Origin: a candidate division WWE3 bacterium
GTDB taxonomy: Bacteria > Patescibacteriota > WWE3 > UBA101185 > UBA10185
Length of the DNA: 64,000 nucleotides
NCBI GenBank assembly: GCA_052035175.1
Contig: JBPOHV010000001.1
Span: 41,569 to 105,568 of the forward strand
Reading direction: 5' to 3'
Under the pieces are notes generated by a model. It worked only from the letters and a program-made list of their open reading frames with translations. It made no database searches and had not been told where the DNA came from. A program made the position numbers and the translations under genes. This document shows, piece after piece, positions 40,083 through 48,667 of this stretch (position 1 is the stretch's first letter; each line of letters begins with the position of its first letter).

Positions 40083-40935
40083 GCATTACTTCTTCTATAT
40101 ACTTTGGAAGATTTTCTAAATCTTCGTGTGTATAGTTATACCCCAAACAATTTAAACAAGAAAATACTAAACCCAAATCAGCATACAAACTTTCTGCATA
40201 CTTACAGCCTACAAGAGAATGTAATAATACATTTCCGCCAATTTCACCTTGTTTTGAATCTTCGCATCCCATTGGGCAATTGCTACAAGAAGGTTTGTTT
40301 GATGGGTTAATTGATATTTTGTCTACTTTAGACAATATCTCATTGTATAGGTCATTATACTTTTCAAAGTCTTTGACTTCAAAGGCTTCTGTACCGGTGA
40401 TTACAATTGAAGCTACATTTTTTTCGTTTAGCTTGCCTTTTAAGATATCTTGAGGAGTACAAAAATAATTATCTAATATACCAGCATTCAAAACACAGCG
40501 CTTGCCGGGCAATCCTAGCTTTTTAATGTCTATACTTTCGTCATGAAATTCTACATTACTGTTGACGATTTCTAAAGTTGTTGTTTGTTGTGCTTTATTG
40601 AGTAATACAATTGCGTCTGCACCAGTGAACCTTAATTTTGTTGATAATGAACCGCCAATGTATACATCTTCGATGTGAGGCGCATTTTCAAATACAATAG
40701 CTGTTTTTGAGATATATGGAAAAAATCCATTGAGCGGACCAATTGCAAAAATCAATGGTTGTTGGTCTTTGTACAGTTGCTGCAACTTTATTCCCAGACC
40801 GACGCCGCCTATATATTTATGTAGTCCAGTAATACTTTTTAGCTCGTGTGTATTGGTTTGGAGGTCTATTAATAATACTTTCCTAGAATCCGTTGTTAAT
40901 TGCATTTTCACTTTCTTCTTTAATTTCAAATACAC
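40057..40935 (-). CDS. Aldehyde:ferredoxin oxidoreductase N-terminal-like protein (GOR-L-like, shortened)
   Basis: L.IDL, YIGGVGLG, FAIGPLNG.FP..SKT, GG...LRFTG.DAIV, CSNCPMGC. Confidence 0.7.
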   Translation of the reverse strand: MYLKLKKKVKMQLTTDSRKVLLIDLQTNTHELKSITGLHKYIGGVGLGIKLQQLYKDQQPLIFAIGPLNGFFPYISKTAIVFENAPHIEDVYIGGSLSTKLRFTGADAIVLLNKAQQTTTLEIVNSNVEFHDESIDIKKLGLPGKRCVLNAGILDNYFCTPQDILKGKLNEKNVASIVITGTEAFEVKDFEKYNDLYNEILSKVDKISINPSNKPSCSNCPMGCEDSKQGEIGGNVLLHSLVGCKYAESLYADLGLVFSCLNCLGYNYTHEDLENLPKYIEEVMHEIHKESL

Positions 40936-41143
40936 CTGTCGGACATATTCTTTTGATCTTATTTATGTCCAAATTGTTTATGCGTGGGTCCATATCAATC
41001 AAAAACTTAATTCCGCTGTCATCACGGAATACTCTTATTAGAGATTCTTCAATCCCTACTTTTTGTAACTGTCTTTGTGCTTCAAATATGCACAATTCGC
41101 ATCCAATGCATTTTTCCGGAAAAGAAATGTTAAGTATTTTCAT
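40883..41143 (-). CDS. 4Fe-4S ferredoxin-like protein (GOR-S-like)
   Basis: CIGCELCIF, ICPTG. Confidence 0.75.
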   Translation of the reverse strand: MKILNISFPEKCIGCELCIFEAQRQLQKVGIEESLIRVFRDDSGIKFLIDMDPRINNLDINKIKRICPTGVFEIKEESENAINNGF

Positions 41144-42114
41144 TTGGTTTGTATTATCTCCAACCCAGGCAGTGTTTCATTTGCTAAAAACTGTAACATA
41201 GCGCTACCACCTGTTGAAATAAAGCTTATGCCTTCGGTTAATTCCAAATGATTTAATGCGGCTATAGTGTCTCCACCGCCAACTACAGTGTACACATGCA
41301 TTTCGGTTATTTGTTGTGCAATTGTTTTAGTTCCTTTTATATAATTTGGGTCTTCCCACATTCCTATTGGACCTGCCCAGATAATTGTTTTGGCACCACG
41401 TAAGCATTCTAGGTAGGCTTGAAGTGTATTTGATCCAATATCTCTATTATCGGTGTAATCGCGCGGTATTTCTAAATTTTCTGGTACTTCTTGTGTCCAT
41501 TCCAAACCTAGTCTTCCGGCTAAAAGTACTTTGTCTGCCTTTTTTAAAAGATTTGCAATTGTAGGACTTTTACTTTCTACTTTTGCCCCGCCTATTATCG
41601 CAATGAATGGACGTTCTGGATTGTTAAGCAACTTTTGTAAGACTTCGACTTCTGTGAGCAAGTTTAGCCCAGCATATGCCGGTAACAATTTTGGTAATTG
41701 CATAATTGATGCGTGTTCTCGATGAGAAGTGGCAAAGCTTTCATTTACGTATATATCTAACGAGTATTTTTGAATCAACTCTTCGGCAAATTCTGCTGAA
41801 TTTGCCTCTTCTCTTGGGTCAAATCTCAAGTTTTCTACAAGCTCATATTTATTTATTCCCAAATTTTCATCAAAATAACTTTGCAAGTGCTTGGTGCTTA
41901 ATTCGGGAACAGTTTGCCCTTTCGGTTTGCCTAAGTGCCCTGCAATAACGGGTTTTGCTTGTTTTTCAATTATGTACTTTAATGTTGGTAAAGCTCGATC
42001 CAATCTGAACGTGTCCAAGACAACGCCATCTTTCAATGGTACATCCAAATCTGTTCTTACAAATATGCGTGAGTCTTTTTTTATGTCTGCATCAACGATA
42101 GATTTAATATGCAT
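41140..42114 (-). CDS. pgk: Phosphoglycerate kinase (short)
   Basis: R.DLDVP, HLGKPKG, ENLRF, HREHAS, IGGAKV, GGGDT, ISTGG. Confidence 0.93.
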   Translation of the reverse strand: MHIKSIVDADIKKDSRIFVRTDLDVPLKDGVVLDTFRLDRALPTLKYIIEKQAKPVIAGHLGKPKGQTVPELSTKHLQSYFDENLGINKYELVENLRFDPREEANSAEFAEELIQKYSLDIYVNESFATSHREHASIMQLPKLLPAYAGLNLLTEVEVLQKLLNNPERPFIAIIGGAKVESKSPTIANLLKKADKVLLAGRLGLEWTQEVPENLEIPRDYTDNRDIGSNTLQAYLECLRGAKTIIWAGPIGMWEDPNYIKGTKTIAQQITEMHVYTVVGGGDTIAALNHLELTEGISFISTGGSAMLQFLANETLPGLEIIQTK

Positions 42115-42140
42115 CAGTGGCTATTTTACCAGAAAAAGGT

Positions 42141-42851
42141 TCAAATCACTTCTTTTACAAGGAAGCTAACCAAGGTATCTGCGACTAGTTGATTGGCATG
42201 TTTATTTGGATGAGAATCTATAGGAATCATTGGACAGTATTCACTTTTTAGAAAGCCACGCTCATCTGCTAATGTGTCAAAGAGATCAAATACATGTACG
42301 CTGCTAGATCTTTTCCATGTGGTTGCGAGCCAACTGGCAAATTCTTTTGCACGGTGCGCACATTCTGTAGTAGTTACTTCTTTTCTAAGCGGTGGGGGAG
42401 TAAATGGTATGAATATTTTGTCGTTAAGCTTTTCAAAGGCAATTGCCATTTGTTCATAATGGTTTTTATACCTTCTCAGTTTTTCATCACTTTCTATTTT
42501 TGTGGTTGGAAAACAATTCTTAAACGCTATAATGTCAAACCCTAGTATTTGGTCTAGTGTTGTGCTTGGTGTACAAAAAAGCTTTTCAAAGTCTTTGGGG
42601 TCATTATTACCAAGTTTAATATTGAAATCTTTAAAAAGCATCATGCCTTTATCATTGCTTAGTCCTGTGTGAAATGTAAGTTTATTTGCAATTATATTTA
42701 GTAATAAACGAGGAATATCTTTATATAAATTGTAACCATGATCCCAAAGTTCTATTTGAGTGGTTTGTTGATACAGCTTTTCTCGAAGATTTCCTTGATG
42801 TATTAAATTACCACCGGTTGAATGATGTATGAATAACAATCGTTTTTTCAT
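42141..42851 (-). CDS. Putative SGNH-like hydrolase
   Basis: FIHHSTG, FK.CF, FDL...LA, DSHP. Confidence 0.5.
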   Translation of the reverse strand: MKKRLLFIHHSTGGNLIHQGNLREKLYQQTTQIELWDHGYNLYKDIPRLLLNIIANKLTFHTGLSNDKGMMLFKDFNIKLGNNDPKDFEKLFCTPSTTLDQILGFDIIAFKNCFPTTKIESDEKLRRYKNHYEQMAIAFEKLNDKIFIPFTPPPLRKEVTTTECAHRAKEFASWLATTWKRSSSVHVFDLFDTLADERGFLKSEYCPMIPIDSHPNKHANQLVADTLVSFLVKEVI

Positions 42852-42858
42852 TGATTTC

Positions 42859-43686
42859 TCAAATCTCCATTTCTGCCCAAACTGGATAATGGTCAGATCC
42901 TATTAAATTATGATATACCCCTGATCGTATTATATGTAACCCCTTGTGTAGAATCCAATCAGTTCTTTGTTCTAGCGTGATACCTATATGAGGCAGTTTC
43001 TCTATAGCAGTGTGAAAAGGTATCGCTGGGTTAACAGCATTTCGAATATCAGATGTATGCGTATTTGTATTTCCTACTATGTTAAATGCAGTTCCTACGT
43101 CGTTGGCTATCTTATAAATCTCACCAGTAACCTTTTCATGTTGATATGGCAAAATTCCTATAGTGTTGAAATCGCCTAAAATTATAGTGTGTTTTATATC
43201 TGTGCGTAATTCTTTTTTTAATGCCATAAGTTGCTTATGCTTTTGTGCATATCCCCCAGCTAAATCCAAATGTACAACAGCTACCTGTAAAGTATCATTT
43301 TCTATTTTATGTTCACTCACAATCGCCCCATACAAAGGCATTTGCTTCATAAAATAGCCTTGTATTCTCCACGGGGATTTTTTTAACTGCGGTAATGTTA
43401 GTTTTGCTGTTTTTGTTGTCGTGCAATTTGTTATAGTGCAAATTCCTAGATTATTAACATCAGGTTCTTTATACATATTAAATGTGCAATGAAATCCTTT
43501 GAAGCAAGTTTCGATTTGTTCTACCAATTTACTTGTTTTAGTACTAAGCCTTACTTCTTGCAGAGTTATAAATGAATACCTATATGTTCTTGCAATTGCA
43601 GCAAGCTCCCTTAGTGAAGAGATTACATCAGGCTTAACTCCATATAAGATATTGTATGTACAAATAAAGATAGAATTTTTTAGCAC
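42859..43686 (-). CDS. Endonuclease/exonuclease/phosphatase family protein
   Basis: TYNI, LQEV, VHL, GDFN, DWI, SDHYPV. Confidence 0.88.
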   Translation of the reverse strand: MLKNSIFICTYNILYGVKPDVISSLRELAAIARTYRYSFITLQEVRLSTKTSKLVEQIETCFKGFHCTFNMYKEPDVNNLGICTITNCTTTKTAKLTLPQLKKSPWRIQGYFMKQMPLYGAIVSEHKIENDTLQVAVVHLDLAGGYAQKHKQLMALKKELRTDIKHTIILGDFNTIGILPYQHEKVTGEIYKIANDVGTAFNIVGNTNTHTSDIRNAVNPAIPFHTAIEKLPHIGITLEQRTDWILHKGLHIIRSGVYHNLIGSDHYPVWAEMEI

Positions 43687-44684
43687 ATGCTTAGCGCCAT
43701 TTCGACAAGACGATTGCTATAACCCCATTCGTTGTCGTACCAAGCCATGACTTTGACCAAGTCGCCGTCGACTACTTTTGTCAAAGATAAATCAACAATC
43801 GAAGAAAATGGACTTTTTACAATGTCGCTCGAAACCAATGGTTCAAAAGTGACATCAATCACATCTTTATAAAAAGGATTTTTCTTTGCTTCTAAAAATG
43901 CATTGTTTACTTCATCAACGGTTGTCTTTTTTTCAACCAGCATTGTGATATCACTGAGAGACCCGACCAAGATTGGTACACGTATTGCTAGGCCGTCAAA
44001 TTTATCTTTTAAATCGGGTATCACTTTTGTTACTGCTTTAGCCGCCCCAGTAGTTGTAGGTATCATGTTTGTAAGTGCTGATCGTGCTCTACGTAAATCT
44101 GGATGTAACCCTGGTGGAGCCCCGTCTACCAAATTTTGTTCTGCTGTTACAGCGTGAATTGTTGTCATCATTGATTTCAAGATTTTGAAGTTTTTATGCA
44201 TGATCGAAATAACAGGCGCCAAAGAGTTAGTAGTGCAAGATGCATTTGAAATTGCATTTTGTCCAATATATTGATCCGCATTTACGCCTTTGAGGAATGT
44301 AGGTATAGTTCCGTCAGTAGGCGCAGATACGACTACTTTTTTTGCTCCTGCTTGTACGTGTGCAAGTGATGCATCATCTTTTGTAAATCTTCCTGTGCAT
44401 TCAATTACTACATCAACGTTCAATTTTTGCCATGGAAGTAACGTGGGGTCCTTTTCTGCAGTTATCAATGTTTTTTTGTCATCAACAACCAAATAATTAT
44501 CTTCTACTGATATGTTTTTTTGAAAAATTCCATAAGCAGAATCGTATTTTAATAAATGAGCTAGTACTTTTGGTTCACCCAGATCATTTATACACACAAC
44601 TTCAACATCTGCTTTGTCTTGTAAAATTCTGAACGCGGCTCGGCCGATTCTTCCAAATCCATTTATTGCTATGCGGGCAGTCAT
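43680..44684 (-). CDS. gap: Glyceraldehyde-3-phosphate dehydrogenase type I
   Basis: INGFGRIGR, ASCTTN, WYDNEWGY. Confidence 0.98.
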   Translation of the reverse strand: MTARIAINGFGRIGRAAFRILQDKADVEVVCINDLGEPKVLAHLLKYDSAYGIFQKNISVEDNYLVVDDKKTLITAEKDPTLLPWQKLNVDVVIECTGRFTKDDASLAHVQAGAKKVVVSAPTDGTIPTFLKGVNADQYIGQNAISNASCTTNSLAPVISIMHKNFKILKSMMTTIHAVTAEQNLVDGAPPGLHPDLRRARSALTNMIPTTTGAAKAVTKVIPDLKDKFDGLAIRVPILVGSLSDITMLVEKKTTVDEVNNAFLEAKKNPFYKDVIDVTFEPLVSSDIVKSPFSSIVDLSLTKVVDGDLVKVMAWYDNEWGYSNRLVEMALSMC

Positions 44685-44690
44685 ATTTAT

Positions 44691-44957
44691 TTATGCTAAA
44701 TGTGGTGTTAACCAAGAAAGAAACACTTGTTTTGGCATTGCACCCATTTTGCGATCTATTTCTTTTCCATCTTTCAAAATTACAAAAGTTGGAATACTCA
44801 TAATTCCATATTGAGATGAAAGCTGTTGATCGGCTTCGACATCTATAGTTTTAAATTCTACTTTACCTTGTAGTTCTTTTTCTAACTCTTTGAAAATAGG
44901 CTTCATGGCTTGGCAAGGCCCGCACCAATCTGCGTAAAAATCGATTAATGTAATCAT
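44691..44957 (-). CDS. trxA: Thioredoxin
   Basis: DFYADWCGPC, SIPT. Confidence 0.93.
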   Translation of the reverse strand: MITLIDFYADWCGPCQAMKPIFKELEKELQGKVEFKTIDVEADQQLSSQYGIMSIPTFVILKDGKEIDRKMGAMPKQVFLSWLTPHLA

Positions 44958-44963
44958 GCAATT

Positions 44964-45959
44964 ATGATAACATACTTGATAAACCCTTCTATGAAGATAA
45001 TCTTCTCAATGAAATTTCTGTTGATAAAAGTCACATTTGCATTGTTAATAATAATTATTTTTTTGTTTTTGTTTTTCCAAGATAAGACTTTTGCGCTCGA
45101 TTTATTAAATCCGATAGTTATTGATACAAGTAATTACAAACTGACACGTCAATACTCGTTTGATCCAGAAACAAGTTGGAGACCGGGGATTCAATTTAAT
45201 ACTGCAAACCAACCTTTTGTTTTGGGAAGTTCAGCGTTAATTGTAGAAATGGGATCAGACAAAATACTTTTTGATAAAAATTCTCGAGAAAGACGTCCGA
45301 TCGCGAGCCTTACCAAAATAATGACTGCAATACTTGTCTTGGAGCATTCAGATCTGACAAAAAAAATTAAAATTTCTGCAGAAGCTGCGTCTATAGGAGA
45401 AAATGCTATGGGTATTAGCGCTGACGAAGTTTATTCTATAGAGGAGTTGCTCGATGGGTTATTGTTAAATTCTGGAAATGACGCAGCATATGCTTTGGCA
45501 GAAGGTGTCGCAGGGAGTAAACCTGAATTTGTAAAATGGATGAATATAAAAGCTCAAGAACTTGGTTTAGTTGACACTGTGTTTACAGATCCAAGTGGTC
45601 TTGATGACGGCAACATAAGCACTGCCCAAGATTTAGTCAAACTCACGCGATATGCATTAAATCATCAAAAGTTTAGAGATATTGTAAAGCTGAAAGAAAA
45701 GTATTTAGCATCAAATTCTCACAAAGATCTTTTTTTAGAAAATCAGACCAATTTATTGTCGACTTACCCCGGAGTATATGGTGTCAAAACAGGTTATACC
45801 GAAGCTGCAGGTTTGTGCTTGGTGACTTATGCATCAAACGATGGCCACGAATTAATAGGCGTTGTTTTATCTAGTACAGACCGTAAAGGCGATATGATCT
45901 TGATGCTCGACCACGCCTTTTCTAGCGTGGGAGTAGCCATAGAGCATAATTTACTGTAA
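44964..45959 (+). CDS. D-alanyl-D-alanine carboxypeptidase (S11); true start may be a downstream ATG
   Basis: ASLTK (SxxK), SGNDA, KTG. Confidence 0.92.
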   Translation: MITYLINPSMKIIFSMKFLLIKVTFALLIIIIFLFLFFQDKTFALDLLNPIVIDTSNYKLTRQYSFDPETSWRPGIQFNTANQPFVLGSSALIVEMGSDKILFDKNSRERRPIASLTKIMTAILVLEHSDLTKKIKISAEAASIGENAMGISADEVYSIEELLDGLLLNSGNDAAYALAEGVAGSKPEFVKWMNIKAQELGLVDTVFTDPSGLDDGNISTAQDLVKLTRYALNHQKFRDIVKLKEKYLASNSHKDLFLENQTNLLSTYPGVYGVKTGYTEAAGLCLVTYASNDGHELIGVVLSSTDRKGDMILMLDHAFSSVGVAIEHNLL

Positions 45960-46006
45960 TCAGACCATATTCCGGCGCTGCTTAATTAAGCGTTACTTAA
46001 TTTAAG

Positions 46007-46072
46007 CGTTACTTATCCGTTATTTTGGTGTCATCATAATACACCCTATAGCATTTATTATTTGTTTATCAA
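46007..46072 (+). promoter_or_regulatory. Cassette upstream motif, copy 1
   Basis: CGTTA-N6-CGTTA-N8-TCATCA-N6-ACCCTATAGCAT-N12-TATCAA; same spacing at 47782-47847. Confidence 0.65.
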
Positions 46073-46157
46073 TTGCAGACTCTAGTTTGCAGAAAACCAC
46101 TTATCCCAACAGCTGTGACCGCTTTGGTCGCCAAGGCTGTTGGAAAGGAGAAATGCA

Positions 46158-46724
46158 ATGTATCACCATATCCGCGACATCATGCTTTCAGAGAAGAAAT
46201 GGCGTTTCTACCGAGACGCCGGAATGGCATCAGCACTGGTTTTTGTTGTGCTAAGTGTTCTCTGGGCTATCTGGAGTATTGATGCGCAAGACTTGAATCT
46301 TGGTTGGTGGGCCATAGGAGCGTGTGCGCTAACCACACATCTGCTTGGGTCTTTCAATCGAGAATGGGCAAAACGATCGCAAGCATATGAGAAAAACATG
46401 CAAGTTTCGCGCGTGCTCGGTGCAACCGAGCTGCGAAAGCTTGTGGTTTCTGCTCATACAGCATTTTGTGATCGATTGGCTACAACGGAGAAGCAAAACC
46501 CAGTTTCTGAGGCAAATGCTTTATTAGACCTACTTGAGGTCTACATTTGTCTCACCCAAGATGTTTCTTGGGTTGAAAAACTGCAAATGCCAGGGTTGGT
46601 TACTCTCAAAGTGCTGAAAGCGCCTTTGAGTGGTACACCAACAACTGTTGTACTTTCTTGGAAGGTGTTTGCAGCTGGTCTCACCGACCACCCTGCTTAT
46701 ACTTTTCAACGGAGTCTGATATGA
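46158..46724 (+). CDS. 2-TM hypothetical protein (cassette 1)
   Basis: AAAGGAG SD before ATG 46158; two TM helices. Confidence 0.6.
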   Translation: MYHHIRDIMLSEKKWRFYRDAGMASALVFVVLSVLWAIWSIDAQDLNLGWWAIGACALTTHLLGSFNREWAKRSQAYEKNMQVSRVLGATELRKLVVSAHTAFCDRLATTEKQNPVSEANALLDLLEVYICLTQDVSWVEKLQMPGLVTLKVLKAPLSGTPTTVVLSWKVFAAGLTDHPAYTFQRSLI

Positions 46725-46972
46725 CGCTGAAAGAAAAAGTTCTTCGCCACATAAAGGCAAAGCTTAAACAACTTTGCCTGGGAATTGCAGCGCTAGTCTT
46801 AGCGCTCCTTTTCTGGGTGGTATTTTTCTTAATGCTTGCCTTAGTTATAGGGTCCGATATGGTAGCCATTGCGCTATTCATGTTGACCCTTGTAACTTTC
46901 GGAAGCTTTCCGCTGTTCGCGCTATTAGCGCTAGCAGATAAAATCTATGACGACCTGGAGAAATACTTTTAG
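46721..46972 (+). CDS. Small 2-TM protein (cassette 1)
   Basis: GGAG SD; ATGA overlap; very hydrophobic. Confidence 0.6.
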   Translation: MTLKEKVLRHIKAKLKQLCLGIAALVLALLFWVVFFLMLALVIGSDMVAIALFMLTLVTFGSFPLFALLALADKIYDDLEKYF

Positions 46973-46981
46973 GTCATCTGA

Positions 46982-47053
46982 AAAACTGTGAGAGAGATCT
47001 CATTGCCCGATTACAGTTTTCTTCGCCTCGGCGGGGATTTACTAAACGGGCAA
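46982..47053 (+). ncRNA. Pseudoknotted 3' RNA element, copy 1
   Basis: AAAACTGT/ACAGTTTT, GAGA/TCTC hairpin, TTGCCCG/CGGGCAA, CGC/GCG hairpin; homologous to 48587-48654. Confidence 0.6.
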
Positions 47054-47116
47054 TTTTCATTTTTAAAAGTACGTTATTTTTTCGTTATTAAATTAAAATT
47101 CCCAGTGTTACAATTT

Positions 47117-47773
47117 ATGCATATGAATATAAATGCATTTCCCATACAAGACCCTGTTAACGAAGTCGTAGAAAGAGCTTCTAAAAATCGCTCTGATGTT
47201 TTAACTCTCATGCGAAACAACCCTAGTGCGTATTCTTTTAATCAAGAAGAGTTGCAATATTCTTTAAAAGAACGTATGGGTGGTTCATCCAATTATTCTG
47301 AACATTTAAAAACTCTTGCAGCAGATATGCATGGTTTATTTGAAAAAGAAGATATGCAGAAATATATGTTTGATGCAGTTTTAGACGCTTGGCGTGTGGC
47401 GCTTACTCAGTACCCGCATCTATCTTATCTTGATTTTTGGAAGCAGTTTATGAATGGTGATGGGCGAATTGCCTTATTAAATAAATTTTCAGCTGTTTCT
47501 GAATCTTATGAAAGCGGTAATACACCTTATCTTACAGATTCTAGTTTTTTGTTAGAGCATGACATGAAAGAGAGTCCACTTAGCCATATGAGCCATATGG
47601 GGCGTGTATTGGCAGATTTGTACAATCTTCCTAGCGATGTAGAACCTGGTAGTGTACCAAGTGTTCAAGTTTTGTTAAAAGATATGAAGGTACTTCCTTC
47701 TGATTACAATGCAAAGGCAAAGGAGTTAGGTTTAGTTGCTGGTTTTGGTAAAGCCCAAGTTATAGAGGCATAA
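47117..47773 (+). CDS. Hypothetical protein (start 47117 or 47123)
   Basis: TACAAT just upstream; host-like composition. Confidence 0.55.
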   Translation: MHMNINAFPIQDPVNEVVERASKNRSDVLTLMRNNPSAYSFNQEELQYSLKERMGGSSNYSEHLKTLAADMHGLFEKEDMQKYMFDAVLDAWRVALTQYPHLSYLDFWKQFMNGDGRIALLNKFSAVSESYESGNTPYLTDSSFLLEHDMKESPLSHMSHMGRVLADLYNLPSDVEPGSVPSVQVLLKDMKVLPSDYNAKAKELGLVAGFGKAQVIEA

Positions 47774-47781
47774 AACTTAAA

Positions 47782-47847
47782 CGTTATCGTTTCGTTACTT
47801 TTATATCATCACAGCTTACCCTATAGCATATATATTTATCCTATCAA
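47782..47847 (+). promoter_or_regulatory. Cassette upstream motif, copy 2
   Basis: Identical block spacing to 46007-46072. Confidence 0.65.
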
Positions 47848-47905
47848 AACAAACCAACTCCCCGAAAATAAGTAGGGGAAATAATGTTCATTAAAGGAGA
47901 AAAAA

Positions 47906-48253
47906 ATGAACGCCAATCCGTACATTGTTGCACTAAAGCAACTTTTGCAGGCCATTAAGCATCTGATTTCCGTGATGCTGACTTTACCAGGGCTGATGTT
48001 AACCGATAAGGTTGCTGAAGTCATCAATCTTCCTGATAGTCCAGTTACTCACGCAAAGATCCAAATCCTAACAGTCGCATTTAGCAGTGTTGTTTGGTTT
48101 TTGGGATACCGATTGATTGCGTATCTGGGTTTTCTGAAAGAAGATCCTTATCTGCGCGCAGTTGGTACAGTGGTTGGTTATGGGCTTATCGGTACCTTTG
48201 TCGTTTTAACAGTACTTCAATGGTTACAAACTGATGAAACGGTGGAGGAGTAA
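47906..48253 (+). CDS. Small membrane protein (cassette 2)
   Basis: AAAGGAG SD; 2-3 TM. Confidence 0.6.
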   Translation: MNANPYIVALKQLLQAIKHLISVMLTLPGLMLTDKVAEVINLPDSPVTHAKIQILTVAFSSVVWFLGYRLIAYLGFLKEDPYLRAVGTVVGYGLIGTFVVLTVLQWLQTDETVEE

Positions 48254-48256
48254 GCT

Positions 48257-48574
48257 ATGGCATCAATGACTTTTACTCAACAGCAATATGCAGGCGCAAA
48301 AGGGTTTTTGAATCCCACTGCATTCCATAATCTCATGCAGGCTGACGATTCCATGAAGTTGCGCATGCTTAAGCAAATGCTTGATACGCAACTTGCCTAT
48401 GATCTTGTTAGTGTTAGTGACAAGCCGTTGGAGCTCATCGCAACTGAGCAAAATGCGTTTGTCATTTTCAGCATGAGCGCTGATTCCGCAGCCCAATTTT
48501 TTTCATATGCCACTATCAAATTGGTTGGGCAGGATGAAAAGATTGAGGCTTTGCAGAAGAAGCTTACGCGGTAA
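48257..48574 (+). CDS. Small hypothetical protein (cassette 2)
   Basis: GGAGG SD before ATG. Confidence 0.6.
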   Translation: MASMTFTQQQYAGAKGFLNPTAFHNLMQADDSMKLRMLKQMLDTQLAYDLVSVSDKPLELIATEQNAFVIFSMSADSAAQFFSYATIKLVGQDEKIEALQKKLTR

Positions 48575-48586
48575 CAATTTCGATAT

Positions 48587-48654
48587 AACTGTGAGAGAAC
48601 TCTCACTGCCTGACACATACAGTTTCCCCGCTCAGCGGGATTACGAAACAGGCA
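48587..48654 (+). ncRNA. Pseudoknotted 3' RNA element, copy 2
   Basis: AACTGT/ACAGTT, GAGAG/CTCTC, TGCCTG/CAGGCA, CCCGC/GCGGG. Confidence 0.6.
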
Positions 48655-48667
48655 AATTCAAATTCAA

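Noticed and set aside
45981-46015. CRISPR array from the TTAAGCGTTACTTA repeats
   Set aside because: Only two short adjacent copies, no spacers and no cas genes; no CRISPR array seen anywhere in the window.
46988-47116. N-terminal extension of the 261-aa ORF
   Set aside because: It runs through the structured RNA element; a -10 box next to ATG 47117/47123 gives a better start.
46982-48654. HDV-like or hammerhead ribozyme call for the repeated 3' element
   Set aside because: P3/L3 and P1.1 are missing for HDV and the CUGANGA core is incomplete for hammerhead; kept as an unassigned motif.
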